DNA of 64,000 nucleotides. Origin: Malacoraja senta. Lineage: Eukaryota. The stretch is from the NCBI GenBank assembly GCA_038087875.1, contig CM075988.1, positions 12,214,001 to 12,278,000 of the forward strand, given 5' to 3'. Positions 11,190 to 24,202 of this stretch are shown piece by piece (positions within the stretch are counted from its first letter, which is position 1; the number at the start of each line of letters is the position of its first letter). The translations under genes were made by a program, and so were the position numbers. A model generated the notes under the pieces. It was not told where the DNA came from. It did no database searches and saw only the letters and a program-made list of their open reading frames with translations.

Positions 11190-11810
11190 CAGTCATGTCT
11201 TCCCTTTTCTTCATCCATCTTTATCTCCCTACTACAGTTGCCATGGTTCTCAACCACATCTCCTCCATTTACCTTCCCTTATACCCTCTCCTTCCAGGCA
11301 GTTCTCTAGTCTCCATGTTCGGTGTGTTGTCTGTAAAAGTTAGACCATACTCAATGAGATTCTATCACCAGACATGACTTCACCTCCCCTCCCAGTATTT
11401 GAAAGGACATATTTCCTTCATGACTCCCTGGTTCGCTCTTCCATGTACATTAATCTTTACCTTCTCATAGCAGTCTCTCAAGTAATTCCACCATCAACAT
11501 GGCCAAACATTTACACCTCAGTTTCCACCAGCTGGGGAACCATGCAGTATTCGTCTTTATTTTAGATTTGGCATCAAGATTCCTGCTGTTCTTTCATTTC
11601 ATACTGCCTTCACTGGACAGATTCCTCTCTTAGACAGAAATTAGTTCATCTGGACAATCTTGATCTCCACCCTGTCAGAGCTGTTGTCTTCACTCTCTAC
11701 GCCCTCTCCTTTCCTGTAACGCAAAACACGGAGGTTTTTGTTTCTTTGATCCTAAACATTCATTCTGTTTCTCTCTCCACATGGTGCTACCTGATCAATA
11801 TTCTTTCAGT
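11190..11810 (+). mobile_element. Old Penelope-like remnant
   Basis: Degenerate PLE-like segments (CACATCTCCTCCATTT, CATGACTCCCTGGTTCGCTC) ending in a TGTTTCTCTCTCCAC..TGCT.CCTGA terminal motif. Confidence 0.4.
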
Positions 11811-12597
11811 TTCTCTCTCGGCATGATGTTGCCTGTACGACCAGCCCCTATTTTTGTTCCTGGATATGGATGCATCTCCTTGGAAAACAGAGTGACTGGT
11901 AGAAGGAGCAGAGGACAACACCGCTGTAGGACGTTGATCAAAGAGGGAGGAGGGGAAGTGGTAGAAGGGCACTCAGCAGGAACTAAGGCAACATATTTCT
12001 AAACCTCTGTGAAGGACTTACCACCTGCAGATAGAAGATTGAAAGCAGTGAAGTGTATTCTTTCTGGAACAGAGCACTTGATTGGCAATGTATTAACAAT
12101 TAAAACATTGGTTCAAAGTACTGGTTCAGTTACCAGCACACTTTATGCGTTGAGTTTAATGGGCAAATAATGTGAAAAGCTAACAAGTTCTTAGAAAATG
12201 TTTGGAAAGGCATGCCAATTGTGTGAATCAGATAATGGACTGATGTATATTGAACAACTAATTCTGAGCACTTGGTGTCTTAATGATCCGAACTTACATT
12301 CCCAATTTGTGCATTATTTAACAGTGCATTGTTAACATGTCACTCTTTCTGCAGCAAGGCCTGCCCCAGTGTGTATTACTCTTAACCCATGTAATGTATC
12401 ACATTTTATGTCTTTTGCGGCTCCCAAAGTGATCAGTGGAAATTCAATGATGAGTTACAGTTGACTGCAATGAAACTGAGATGTCAGTCTTAATTGTCAA
12501 ATATGAGCATGTTAATAATATTCAGTTTGCTATCAGTTACAGTGAAATGTTTTAAATTCATAAAAATATATCAATTTTTGGTCTTGCAAAACACATA

Positions 12598-14175
12598 CAG
12601 TGCCCTCCATAATGTTTGGAACAAAGACCTATCATTTATTTATTTGTCTCTGTACTCCACAATTTGAGATTTCTAATGGAAAAGAAATCACACATTAAAG
12701 TGCACATTGTCAGATTTTAATAAAGACCATTTCTATACATATGGTTTCACCATGTAGAAATTACAGCAGTGTTTATACATAGTCCCCCATTTCAGGGCAC
12801 CATAATGTTTGGGCACAGCAATGCCATGTAAATTCAAGTAGTCATGTTTAGTATTTTGTTGCATATCCTTTGCATGCAATGACTGCTTGAAGTCTGCGAT
12901 TCATGGACATCAGCAGTTGCTGGGTGTCTTTTCTGGTGATGCTCTGCAAGCCTGTATTGCAGCCATTTTTAGCTTATGCTTGTTTTGAAGGCTAGTCCCC
13001 TTTAGTTTCCTCTTCAGCATATAAAAGGCATGCTCAATTGGGTTCCGATCAGGAGATTGACTTGGCCACTCAAGAATTTACTATTTTTTAGCTTTGTAAA
13101 GCTCCTTTGTTGCTTTAGAAGTATGTTTGGGATCATTGTCTTGCTGTAGAATGAACTGCCGGCCATTTGTTTGAACTTGAGCAGATAGGATGTGTATATA
13201 CACTTCAGAATTCATAATGCCACTACCAACGGCAGTTGTATCATCAATAAAGATGAGCCAGTACCTTCAGCAGCCATACATGCCCAGGTCATAACACCCC
13301 CACCACTGTGTTTCACAGATGAGGTGGTATGCCTTGGATCTTGAGCAGTTCCTTCTCTCCTCCATACATTGCTATTGCCAGCACTCCGATATAAGTTAAT
13401 CTTCGTCTCATCTGTCCACAATACTTTTTTCCAGAACTGTGGTTGCTCTTCTTGGCAAACTGTAACCTGGCCATCCAATTTTTTGTGGCTAACCAGTGGT
13501 TTGCATCTTGCAGTATAGCCTCTGTATTTCTGTTCATTGTCTTCTGCGGACTGTGGTCATTGATAAATCCACACCTGAAGAGTGTTTTTGATCTGTCGGA
13601 CAGGTGTTTGGGGATTTTCTTTATTATAGAGAGAATTCTTCTATCCTCAGCTGTGGAGGCCGTCCTTGGCCTGCCAGTCCTTTTGCGATTAATAAGCTCA
13701 CCAGTGCTCTCTTTCTTCTTAATGATGTTCCAAACAGTTGATATTGGTTAACCTAAGGTTTGGCTGAAGTCTCTCACAGTTTTATTCTTGTTTTTCAGTC
13801 TCATAATGGCTTATTTGACTTTCATTGGCACAGTTTTGGTCCTCATGTTGATAAACAGCAATAAAACTTTCCAACGGTGATGGGAAGACTGGAGGAAAGA
13901 CTAGGTGCTGAGAGCTCTCTTATACCTGAATTAGGGAGGCATTTAAACATACCTGAGCAAGTATAAACACCTGTGAAAGCATGTGTCCCTGAAATGGGGA
14001 GACTATGTATAAACACAGCTGTAATTACTACATGGTGAAACCAAAATATATAAAAATACCATTTAATAAAATTTGACAACGTGCACTTTAACCACATGTG
14101 ATTTTTTCTATTACAAATCTCAAATTGTGGAGTACAGAGGCCAATAAATAAATGATGGGTCTTCGTCCCATACAT
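12598..14175 (-). mobile_element. Tc1-family IR/DR DNA transposon, near full length
   Basis: TA then CAGTGCCC start; ~210-bp inverted repeats (12598-12815 and about 13985-14175) with internal direct repeat CCATAATGTTTGG (12607, 12800); outer tip of the right ITR is missing. Confidence 0.92.
12848..13846 (-). pseudogene. Tc1 DD34E transposase pseudogene
   Basis: Motifs FWKKVLWTDETKINL, VKHSGGGVMTWACM, QQDNDPKHTSK, WPSQSPDRNPIEH and C-terminal KGYATKY*; broken by stops and frameshifts. Confidence 0.92.
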
Positions 14176-14367
14176 GTGCGATATCAGCAATCTGGCAGAT
14201 TTCTATCTTGCACTGTGACGAGTTGTAACAAACATTTGACTGGTGATGACAGTGCATTGTATAAACAGTTGGTAGTTGAAGTCCAATAAACCAGGGCGAG
14301 TGCAACAACCTCCTGTGAATTTTGCAGCTGTGCTGCGCAGGTCAGGAAGAATCTCCAAGTGGTAAAA

Positions 14368-14650
14368 CCAGCACAGTGGCGCAAATGTAGAGTTCCTGCC
14401 TTACAGCGCTAGAGATCCGGGTTTGATCCTGACTGCGGGTGTTGTACTGTCTCCTGTTACCATGTGGGCTTTCTCCGGGTGCTCCGGTTTCCTCACACAT
14501 TCCAAAGACATACAGGTTTATAAGTTAATTGGCTTCTACAAATTGTAAGTTGTCCCTCGTGTGTAGGATAATGTTAGTGTATGGGGTGATCATTGGTCGG
14601 TGTGGACTCGGTGGGCCGAAGGGCCTGTTTCCAAGCTGTTCCTCTAAAGT
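14368..14650 (+). mobile_element. HE1-like V-SINE
   Basis: TGGCGCAAATGTAGA, GGTTTGATCC, CTCCGGGTGCTCCGGTTTCCTC, GGGCCGAAGGGCCTGTTTCC. Confidence 0.85.
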
Positions 14651-16444
14651 CCAAAGTAAATGGTATCCCAACGGAGACTGGAACTACATTTCCAACTTTG
14701 CCCATACTTTTTACACCTCAAGCGTCTATCCAGGTATCTGGGGAACATTATGTTGCTGTGATGGTTTCATTAGACATTGTCATTTATCGAGTAAACTAAT
14801 GAAACATTCTAAATGTGGCACAGTTATTTCACCTACTGAAGAGGGACAATTTTTTCTATCCATAGAGTGGGGCGTTGATCCTGAGAGTTAAATTGTGAAG
14901 TAGGTAAAAGTCAAAGGGATGTGTTTAAAATGCTTAATTCCTGACATTTATAAAGGCGTAATTATTGTTTATTTCAATCCAGTTGCAACAACGTTTTCTC
15001 TCTCTCTTCAGTCTCTGCCCAGTAATTTCAGAAATGACAATTACAGAGAGGAGATTGGAGAGAGTATAAATTAGTCAATCAATCACTGCCTCTTTCAAAT
15101 AAACACACACTCCTATTGCAATGAACATGTACATACAAACACACAAAACTGACTTTAGTTAATGAAAATAAACACTTGGTATTTGCTAAAATAGTACTGG
15201 GTCATTATTGTCATGTGCACTGAGATACTGTGAAAAAAACATTATTTTGTGTGATCTGCAGGCATGGGAACATTAATGAGAAATCAATGTGCATCAGGAA
15301 ATCTCATTCTGCTCCATCTTGTGGTCCACAGGAAATCATTTTAACAATCTTGATAACTGTAGATGTGGGCAATCAGATGTAATTAAACCCCCAGAAACCT
15401 TTTGACAATAAGGAGATGACTAATTGCTCTGCTTTTGAAGCAAGGCAATGCATGACAAGCTTCATTTTACTTCAAATGCCAGGCTAAATCTGAGCTTGGT
15501 AATTGTTATAAACTTCAGAAGTAAACTTAAGAGCATTAAATATAATTTTAAATGCGCAATTGTTTTTTTTTGTATTGATGTCCTGTTTTTCTTCTGGAAA
15601 GCATACTAGTGCGACAGTACATAGTTTCCACTCAAGGATGTCAGGGACAGTGCCGATTTTTAAACTATTCATTTATTTTGGGGGTGTGGGAATGTAATAA
15701 AACTTGAAACGGTGTTAGTGGGGAGTTTCCTGGAACCATTGTAGTACTTCTGATATACAGTATGTACTCCCTCATTGTTTTTGGGGAGGGAATTGCAGAA
15801 TTCAGTTGCCAAAGTGATGAAGGACTGTGAAATATTTACTCATCGAACACTCATGGGCCCAGGACTGCCCTAAGGAACTTTGTCCTGCAAATGATCTCTG
15901 ATTATTTGGAATGGTTGGTTCTTGATCCAAAACCAAAATAGAAAGGAGATGAAATCCAACAAGCCCTCAAACCTGGTGTCCAATTAAGTAAGATTCTGAA
16001 TGATCATAAACCTCCAATTCTCTCTTTTACTGAGTCCTGAGTTCCCTGAGTCTCTGATCGCCTCAATCTATCAGTATCAGCATTGAATTGACTTAGTGAC
16101 TAAGCATTCATAACCCTTAGGAGTCAAGAATTTCAAAGATATGCAAGCATCTGACTTGAAGACATGCCTCCAATTTCAATTCTAAATAACTCTCCGCTCA
16201 TCTTGACCACATTCCCTCCACATTATAGTTCTCTCACCATAGGAATTATAATCTCACCATTGAACATATTAATCACTCACAGAACCATTGTGCTGCTAAA
16301 AAAGATGATTTGTCATTCTTTTAAATACTTAACTGCAAGTTGATCAAAAATTCATATTGCAGGGTCAGTCTCCAATCCAGATTTTGGATCAGATTTGTTG
16401 TAAAACACTAATAGATCCAACTCGAGGGTAATAACCACAGACTG

Positions 16445-16592
16445 CCACAGGTTTGTCGGTTAATTTGCTAGGGTATGTACACTTGGTATAAGGGTAAATT
16501 GTCCTTAGTGTATGTAGGGTAGTGTTAATGTGCTGGTTGGTGCAGACTCGATGGGCCGAAGGGCCTGTTACCGCGTGTTATCACTAAACTAA
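16445..16592 (+). mobile_element. V-SINE 3' half
   Basis: TAAATTGTCCTTAGTGT...GGGCCGAAGGGCCTGTT...CTAAACTAAA. Confidence 0.7.
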
Positions 16593-16749
16593 ATTTAGAG
16601 TGTTGGCCATTGGTGTGCCACTGAGTAGTTCATGGACTCTGATGCCAGAGTTTTCAGATGCAGCTAAATAGTTACTCCACAAATCCTTATATATTGTTGG
16701 AGAGCAAGAGAAGGGAAATTTGGTGGTCTTGTAAAAATATTCTTATTTT

Positions 16750-17480
16750 CAGGACGGTGAGTTATTATTAGCAAGATGCCATTGTGATTGGCCCTGGGCC
16801 CTTAACTTACAATAATGAATTAAATAAAACATTTGCATATCTGGGTTTACTGATTAAAGGACTGTGAAAATGAACTGTAACAAGGTTGCAAGGAGACTGC
16901 AAAGGAACCTTGATAGTTTAAGTGAGTGGGTAGGAATGCAGCAGATAGGAGCATGCTGTAGGAAAATTGGAGCTTGTTCATTTTGGTCAGAGGATTAGCT
17001 AATCAAAGTACCTCTTAAATGGTCCAGGTTGTTGATGTACAGGAGGTTCTGATTATGCTGGATCAATGATACAGAAAATAAATCTGCATGTGCAACAAGC
17101 AATTTGGGATGTCGCGTGAGGTTGGATATTTACTTTTAAGGAAGCTGCAATTTTGAAAGGGTTAGGTGAGCACCTTTGGAATACAGTGTGTCTGGTCTCG
17201 TTGCCAGTTGGAGGATGTAATTACCTTGACATTTTTTGCAGCATTATTAACTGAATTTAGTCTTGGGAGACGAGGCTATCTTGTGAAAAGAGACTGCATA
17301 AGATCTGATTTTTCTCCTATGTTCAGCAGAATTAAAGATTATTTTGTTGATGTTTACAAGATTATGGGATGGAGTGACTGGGTGAGAAGCTCTTTTTCTG
17401 TAGCCAAGAATCTTGAACTCGGGGGGGGCTTAGACTCAGGTGAAGGAATTCTCATTTTTAAGAATGGGGACCAATCCTGC
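16750..17480 (+). mobile_element. Ancient degenerate CR1 LINE ORF2 remnant
   Basis: Weak CR1-like segments (GAGACTGCAAAGGAACCTTGATAGTTTAAGTGAGTGGG, GTGAGCACCTTTGGAATACAGTGTG). Confidence 0.45.
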
Positions 17481-17584
17481 AAAACACCAACAAATTGCAG
17501 GATGCTGCAGTAGGATTGTGAAACTGGGGAGAAATCTTTGTTTCGAGGTTTGCAAGGTCGAGAATAGATCAAAGGAATAGTAGC

Positions 17585-18570
17585 AAAGGAACAAGCCTCT
17601 CGACCCACAATGACATGATTCCAGGATAGGCTAATCTCTTCTGCCTGCATGTGATCCATATCCTACCATTCCCTGCATATCCATGTGCCTATCTAAACCC
17701 CTCATAACTGCCACTAAAGTGTCTGTGTCCACCACCTCACCAGACCTGTTTCCACACTGAATCTCTAAACTACTCAATATAAGAAACTATCGGTGACAAG
17801 AATCATTGGCGTACAAAATACAAGGTGACATTAAAACAATGCCAATTGATCTTCTGTGTCCAAGACGTTCCAGGCACCCCACCACTGCATGTTAAAAAGA
17901 AGCTTACCCCATACCTCTCCTTTAAATGTTAAGGGGCTGTCCCACTTGGACGACCTAATCCGCAAGTTCTGGCGAGTTTGCCCTCGACTCATACTCGCAG
18001 CATGGTCGATACGAGGTCGTAGAAGGTCTTTGTAACTCTCCTTCATGCTCGAGAGTAGTCCCCGTGTACTTGAGGCCTCAACTAGGTCGCGGCATATTTT
18101 TCAACATGTTGAAAAGTGCCCGCGAGTAAAAAAAGGTCGCCATGGAAAAAATAGATTTTTTTTTTACTCGTAGGTTTAGTCGTAGTAGGTCGGCATGTTA
18201 GTCGTAGGTAATCGAGGGTAGTCAAAGGTAATCGAAGGTAGTCGAAGGTAGTCGTAGATAGTCTTCATCATAGTCGAAGGGAGGTCGAAAGGAGATCGAA
18301 GGAGGTCGTCTTCACTCTCCACTATTCCGTGTCCAATTTTCCCGAAGTTAGTTGTAGCTAGTCGAAGCTAGTCTTCAACATGGTCGAAGGAGGTCGAAGG
18401 AGGACTTCAACATGACATTTTTTCAAACTCTCCTAAACTCTTCTAAACTCGCCAATTAGGTTGCCCAAGTGGGACAGCCCCTTTATCCTCTTACCTTAAA
18501 CCCATGCCCTCTAGACTTTTGACATTTCCAGCTTGGGATAAAAGTTCAGACTGTTTATCTATGCCTCATA
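17585..18570 (-). mobile_element. CR1/HER1-type LINE 3' fragments interrupted by a Harbinger MITE
   Basis: TCCATATCC..CCATTCCCTGCATATCCATGTGCCTATCT, TTCCAGGCACCCACCACT, and CTTACCTTAAACCCATGCCCTCT resuming after the MITE. Confidence 0.6.
17932..18482. mobile_element. PIF/Harbinger-type MITE family B
   Basis: TIRs AGGGGCTGTCCCACTTGG / CCAAGTGGGACAGCCCCT; TTA at 17929-17931 and 18483-18485; internal GTCGAAGG/GTCGTAG repeats. Confidence 0.9.
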
Positions 18571-19279
18571 AACTTTTAAATGTTCTCTTCAACTGGGCAA
18601 TGGTTGTTCAAGGTTAAGAATCTTGGATTTAATACACTTACAGACATCAAAGGAAGCTAGAATGTGTGGACCATGTGGAAAAGTGGATCTGAGGTGGAGG
18701 ATTATCCATGATTTTATTAAAAGCATGGGCATTTTGGCATCATCCACCTTCCGTTAGATTCATTCTTATCTTTCAGTTGTTTATATTTTCTTTGTGATGA
18801 TGATACTAATATTTACTAATATTTACAGAATTCTTGAGATGGCTTCCTTGCTAATTTTGACAAGCCAATCTGTTACAATTTCAGGTAGAACACAAAATCC
18901 ATGCAATGCCTTGAATATTTCTGACCTTATAAATAAATGTTGAAGTAAAAACCACAAAGAATCAACTGGTAAAATTGGCAACTCACCTTTGCTTCAGAGC
19001 AGGGTCACAGTTTCAGAATAAGGCAAGCAGAAAATTTGTCACTCCAAGGTGGGGAGCCTGGATGGATGTGGAGACCTTGGCAATCTCCTCTTTCAAAGTA
19101 GATATCAAGGATAATGAGAATAATGTTGGGAAAATGGCACTGTGGCGGAGGATATTCAGAGGGTCAGATAGTCTACTCAGAGGCTTCTAAAGCTGAAGAT
19201 GTTTTGTTTTCTCCTCAAATCATTAATTCTATTTGCAGGAAAATTAATTAATTATCAATTTATTTAGTTTGTTTCTTTG

Positions 19280-20140
19280 AATAGAACAGCACAGGAATAG
19301 GCCCTTCACCTCACAATGTCTGTGCGAAATATAATGTAAAAACCAACTCTGACATTCCTACACATAATCCATATCCCTCCATTTCCTTTATATCCATATG
19401 CTATCCAAATGTCTCTTAAATACCACTGTGGTATCTGCCTCCACCACCACCACTCCCGACAGCACTATCCAGGCACTCACCATCCTTTGTGTAAAAATGT
19501 CCCGCACATCTCCCTTAAAATTTGTCCCTCTCACTTTAAGACTATGCCCCCTAGTCTTTGATATTTCCTAACTGGAAAAGAGGTTCTTACTGTCTACCCT
19601 GTCTATGTCTCTCATAATTTTTTATACTTCTATCAGGTCACTCTTCAACCTCCGGTTTAGTTTAGTTTAGTTTAATTTTAAAATACAGTGCGGAAACAGG
19701 CCCTCCGACCCACCGAGTCCACGCTGATCAACGATCAACAGTAGACTAGTCCTATTGTTATCCCAGTTTTGCATACTACATACTAGCAGCAATTTACAGA
19801 GGCCAATTAACCTACAAACCTGCATGTCTTTGGAATGTGAGAGGAAACCGAAACCGAACCAACTTCTCCTTGTAGCTAATACTTTCTAATCTAGGCATCA
19901 TTCTGGTAAACATCCTCTGCACCCGTTCCAAAGCCTTCATATGCAGGGCCATTTATCTTAGTAGGTTAATTGGCTTTTGTAAATTGTCCCTAGTTTGTAG
20001 GATAAAATTAGTGCATAGATGATCGCTGGTCAGCATGGACTCAGTGGGTCAAAGTCCCTGTTTCAATGCTACATCACTAAGCTAAACAAACATATCCTTC
20101 CTGTATTGGGCAACCAGAACTGCATGCAATACTCCAACTA
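19280..20140 (-). mobile_element. CR1 LINE fragment with two nested partial V-SINEs (about 19655-19852 minus, 19960-20086 plus)
   Basis: CR1 3' region on the minus strand, interrupted by a (TTTAG)n-tailed SINE and a plus-strand SINE 3' half. Confidence 0.65.
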
Positions 20141-21023
20141 TGTTTAATAGGTTTAATTGATGCAAGTACAGTAGGGAAGTGTGCCAACACGGTCTCTAAC
20201 TTTATCTTTACTCCTCTCTGCAGTAATCCACATGCAGTTGCACGATAGATTATGTCTGCGGTGTGTTAGTCACTGAATGCTCCCTCCCTTTCCATGTGTT
20301 GCATATCCTGGCAATGTCTGCTACAATAATGTCACATGTGTGAGGCAGGCTGACATCTCAGTTGACAGAGAGATAAAGAATATGAACAGAGTGATTTATG
20401 ATCTTTCACAATGCTGCAAGAATATGTCAGAATTCCCTCCAATGATTCACCTCCTATTCTACGCGAATAAAGGGTTGATTTATTCTCAGGTAATTCAGAG
20501 TTAGACCACCTTGGATTTGGAGCTTTTCCATGCACACACCAACCACCAGATTTCCAGAAATAGATACAGGGTTATTGATTTTGAATGTAATAAAATGCTT
20601 CAATCCTATAGGCACTGTTATTGCATCATTTGAGACAGAAACCGAGCCAAAGTCTCACACAGAATATTACTGCATGGGTGTTGGACATTTTATTGCTCAG
20701 AAGGCATTGAACATGGTGAATATATTTGTGCAGCTATTGTATGTTTCCTTCCTGATGACTCACTGACAGAGATGTGAAACAGGTGACAATTGAACAGGAG
20801 CAGGCTTTGCTTTGACAATGACAATGCTGATCAAAGCCGTAGATAGCTTTTCACCAGGTTTTCACAAGCAGCAGTGAAATCGTTGTGTACGTCACCTGTT
20901 TTGGTGCTGAGAGAAGAATAGGTATTCTTCAAATAAGACTTGAATTTAATCTCACCCCAAAGCTTGGCATCTATGGCAGTGCAGCACAATGTGTTATGCT
21001 TTGTGGGACTTGAATTCAAAATG

Positions 21024-21363
21024 GGCAGCACAGAGGCACAGTTGGTAGAGCCGCTGCCCCATAGCGCCTGAGACTCAGGTTCGATCCTGACCTCGGGTGC
21101 TGTCTATGTGAACTTTACACTTTCTCCCTGTGCCTGTGTGGGTTTTCTTCAGGTGCTCTGGAATCTGGGTGATCCTCTCACATCTGAAAAGATATGCTAA
21201 TTTGTCGGTTAATTGGTCACTGTAAATTACCCCTCGTGTGTAGGGAGTGGATGAGAAAGTGGAATATCATTCATCTAGTGTGAATTGTACAGATGACGAA
21301 TGGTCGGCGAGGACTCAGCAGGCCGAAGAGCCTTTATCTTTGCTGTATCTCTAGACTGAACTG
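21024..21363 (+). mobile_element. HE1-like V-SINE
   Basis: GGCACAGTTGGTAGAG, perfect B-box GGTTCGATCC, V-domain remnant, GGCCGAAGAGCCT tail. Confidence 0.8.
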
Positions 21364-21554
21364 AAATGTATGACTGAAGTGAGAAGGCTTCAGACAGCTA
21401 ATGCATTCCAGAAATAGTGCAGAATGCATTTTAAATTAAGAAAATGATGGGGAGAACTAAAACACTTCTTTCCATCCCCAATAATCCAGGATTTTCTTCC
21501 AACTTTTGGGTTTTGATGAGCCTTGGTCATCAAAATGCCATTATTATGGTTATC

Positions 21555-22217
21555 ATTAATTTGGAAAGACTGCAGAGATTCACGAGGATGTTGTAGGGCT
21601 TCAGGGCCTGAGCTTTAGCAAGAGGTTGGGCAAACTATGACTTTATTCTTTGCTATATTTAAGAGGGAGTTAGATGTGGCCCTTGTGGCTAAGGGGATCA
21701 GGGGGTATGGAGAGAAGGCAGGTACGGGATACTGAGTTGGATGATCAGCCATGATCATATTGAATGGCGGCGCAGGCTCGAAGGGCCGAATGGCCTACTC
21801 CTGCACCTATTTTCTATGTATCTATGTATCTATGTAATCACAGTAAGCTGGGGCGATCTTATGGAAGTGTATAAAATCATAGGAGGAATAGATAGGGTGA
21901 ATGCACTGTCTTTTACTGAGGGTTGGTCAAGAACCAGAGGACAAACCAGGGAGAAGGAAAACATTTAATAGGAGCCCAACGAGCAACATTTTCACACAGA
22001 CGGTGGTAGGTGTATGGAGTGAGCTACCAGAGGAAGTAATTGAGCCAGGTACAATAGAAGCATTTAAAAGACATTTGGACATGTACATGGATAGGAAAAG
22101 TTGAGAGGGATATGGGCCAAATGCTGGCAAATTGACTAGCTTGGATGGGGCTTCTTGGTCGAAATGGACAAATTTGGATGAAGGGCCTGCTTTTGTGCTA
22201 CATGACCCTCTGACTCA
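21555..22217 (+). mobile_element. CR1 LINE fragment with a younger CR1 tail nested at about 21651-21836
   Basis: ORFs DLMEVYKIIGGIDRV and FTQTVVGVWSELPEEV..FKRHLDMYM; nested tail ends in (CTATGTAT)n. Confidence 0.8.
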
Positions 22218-22609
22218 ATAACAATTATAATATGAGCCAATGCCTTAATTTTATTTGAGTTTTGCAGAAGTAAAGGGTGGAAATTGTTTCTGATGAGAAT
22301 AAAAATCGAGATGTCAGCAATATAATCGAGGAACAATAAACAAGCTACTTCCATTTGGTTATTGCATGGGAGTTTTTTAAATAAAATGTATTTGGAATTG
22401 AAATATACATAATACCGCGCAAGTTACTTGAACCCCATATTTACTGTTTACTCCATTGTGAATTTGTCCATATAGAAATTTTAAATTTTGATTAAAAAAT
22501 TTACATTAATAGGTGAGCAGAAAAAATCACAAACTGGAGGCTACATTGTGTTTGTTACACATTTGACAAATCCTTCATTACTGCAGCAAAACACATTGTA
22601 ACAAAAGCA

Positions 22610-23135
22610 TTGGACACAAAGTGCTGATGTAACTTAGCATCTGTGGAGAACATGGATAGGTGAAGTTTTGGGTTGAGACCCTTCTTCACACCTGATTGTA
22701 GAGGAGATTTAAAAAAAGCTGCTGATGGGAGAGACAGGACAAAGGGCGGCAAGTAATAAATCGACACAGGCGAGGGGTGATTGTGAGAGGCAGGTGATTG
22801 GGACAAAGGCCAGAGATAAGAGCCGGGGGTGTGAGAGGGTTTGAAGAGTTGCGGAATATGAAGCCAGAGGGAGGGAAGGAAAGGAAATAGATGGGAGTCC
22901 AGCTGAGGCACTGGGGAGGGAAGGGGGTGAAGGGGAGGGTGGGTGTGGAAGAAAAAGGGGTGGAGGTGTGTGTGGGGGATTAGTTAGAGGTTACCTATAA
23001 TTGGAGAATTCAACGTTCATACCATTGGGTTGTAAGCTCCGAAGAGTGCTGTTCCTCCAGTTTGCATGTGGCCTCACACTGGCATCAGAGGAGGCCCAGA
23101 ACAGTGAGGTCGGTGTGGGAATGAGAAAGGGAGAT
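22610..23135 (-). mobile_element. Penelope-like 3' fragment
   Basis: pLTR motif GAGACCCTTCTTCA plus purine-rich spacer and GTTCATACCATTGGGTTGTAAGCT..GGAGGCCCAG, as in the 46271-46935 copy. Confidence 0.75.
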
Positions 23136-23446
23136 GAAATGGTTAGAATTACTTTGAAAATATATTGGGATAAACTCTGCCAGTAAATAAACTGGCTGTT
23201 ATGTGTGCCTATTGAAGAATTGTAGAACTCTGGTGTGATAAATGCATTTTTATAGTGATCGGTCTTTGGGATGAGAGAGTCAGGGCTGAAAGATTTTGGT
23301 GTCATATCCTAGAACCTAATGGGAAGCACTCTGTGTGACATTAACCCTTGAATGCATGCCGCAAACAACAATTTACGCTTAGTGGGATGTTTTTTGAATG
23401 AATTAGATTTTACCTGTGCCTTTGACAGGTAGAATTGAACTGATAG

Positions 23447-23870
23447 TGTAGAAATAAGGAACTACAGATAGTTGCTCACAAATAAAAAACACAGTGCTGG
23501 TGTAACTCGGCGGGTCAGGAAGCATCTCTGGAGGATAGATGCAAAATATTGGTGTAACTCAGCGGGACATGCAGCATCTCTGGATAGAAGGAATGGGTGA
23601 CGTTTTGGGTCGAGACCCTAAAGGTCACTCATTCATTCTATCCAGAGATGCTGCCTGTCCCGCTGAGTTACTCCAGCATTTTGTTTCTATCGTCAACATA
23701 AACCAGCATCTGCAGTTCATTCCTAAGCATCCCTGGAGGACATGGATAGCTGACGTTTTAAGTCAGGACTCTTCTTCAGTCTGATCGAAGGTCCCGACCT
23801 GAAATGTCTCCTATCCATGTCCTCCGGAGATGTTGCCTGACCCGCTGAGTTACTCCAGCACTTTGTGATG
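23447..23870. mobile_element. Nested palindromic Penelope pLTR units
   Basis: Inner fold-back unit 23536-23724 is flanked by AAGCATCTCTGGAGGA/AAGCATCCCTGGAGGA (23520-23535, 23725-23740) inside an outer fold-back unit. Confidence 0.8.
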
Positions 23871-24202
23871 TTTTTTGAACTGATATTATTAACTTGCTTT
23901 TGTCTCTCTCTTCACCGAGCAAGTGCATATTTTCTCATTGTTTATACTACTTACTATTCCAGTAATAGGATATTTTGCCTCCAACTCCAGGAAGCATATG
24001 CTTAATCAACCTTGTTTATCACTGTAATGTAACCACCAAACAAACTACTGCATGACATCTCACAGATTCATACAAAGCCTTTCTTCCAACATTTCAGCCC
24101 GTTATCTTCACTGCCTAACACTGTTTATTTTGTTTATGGTTTTCAAACTGAAAATAAATGGTGTTTCTTCGTGACTGATTATCTTTGTGTTACGATCAAA
24201 AT

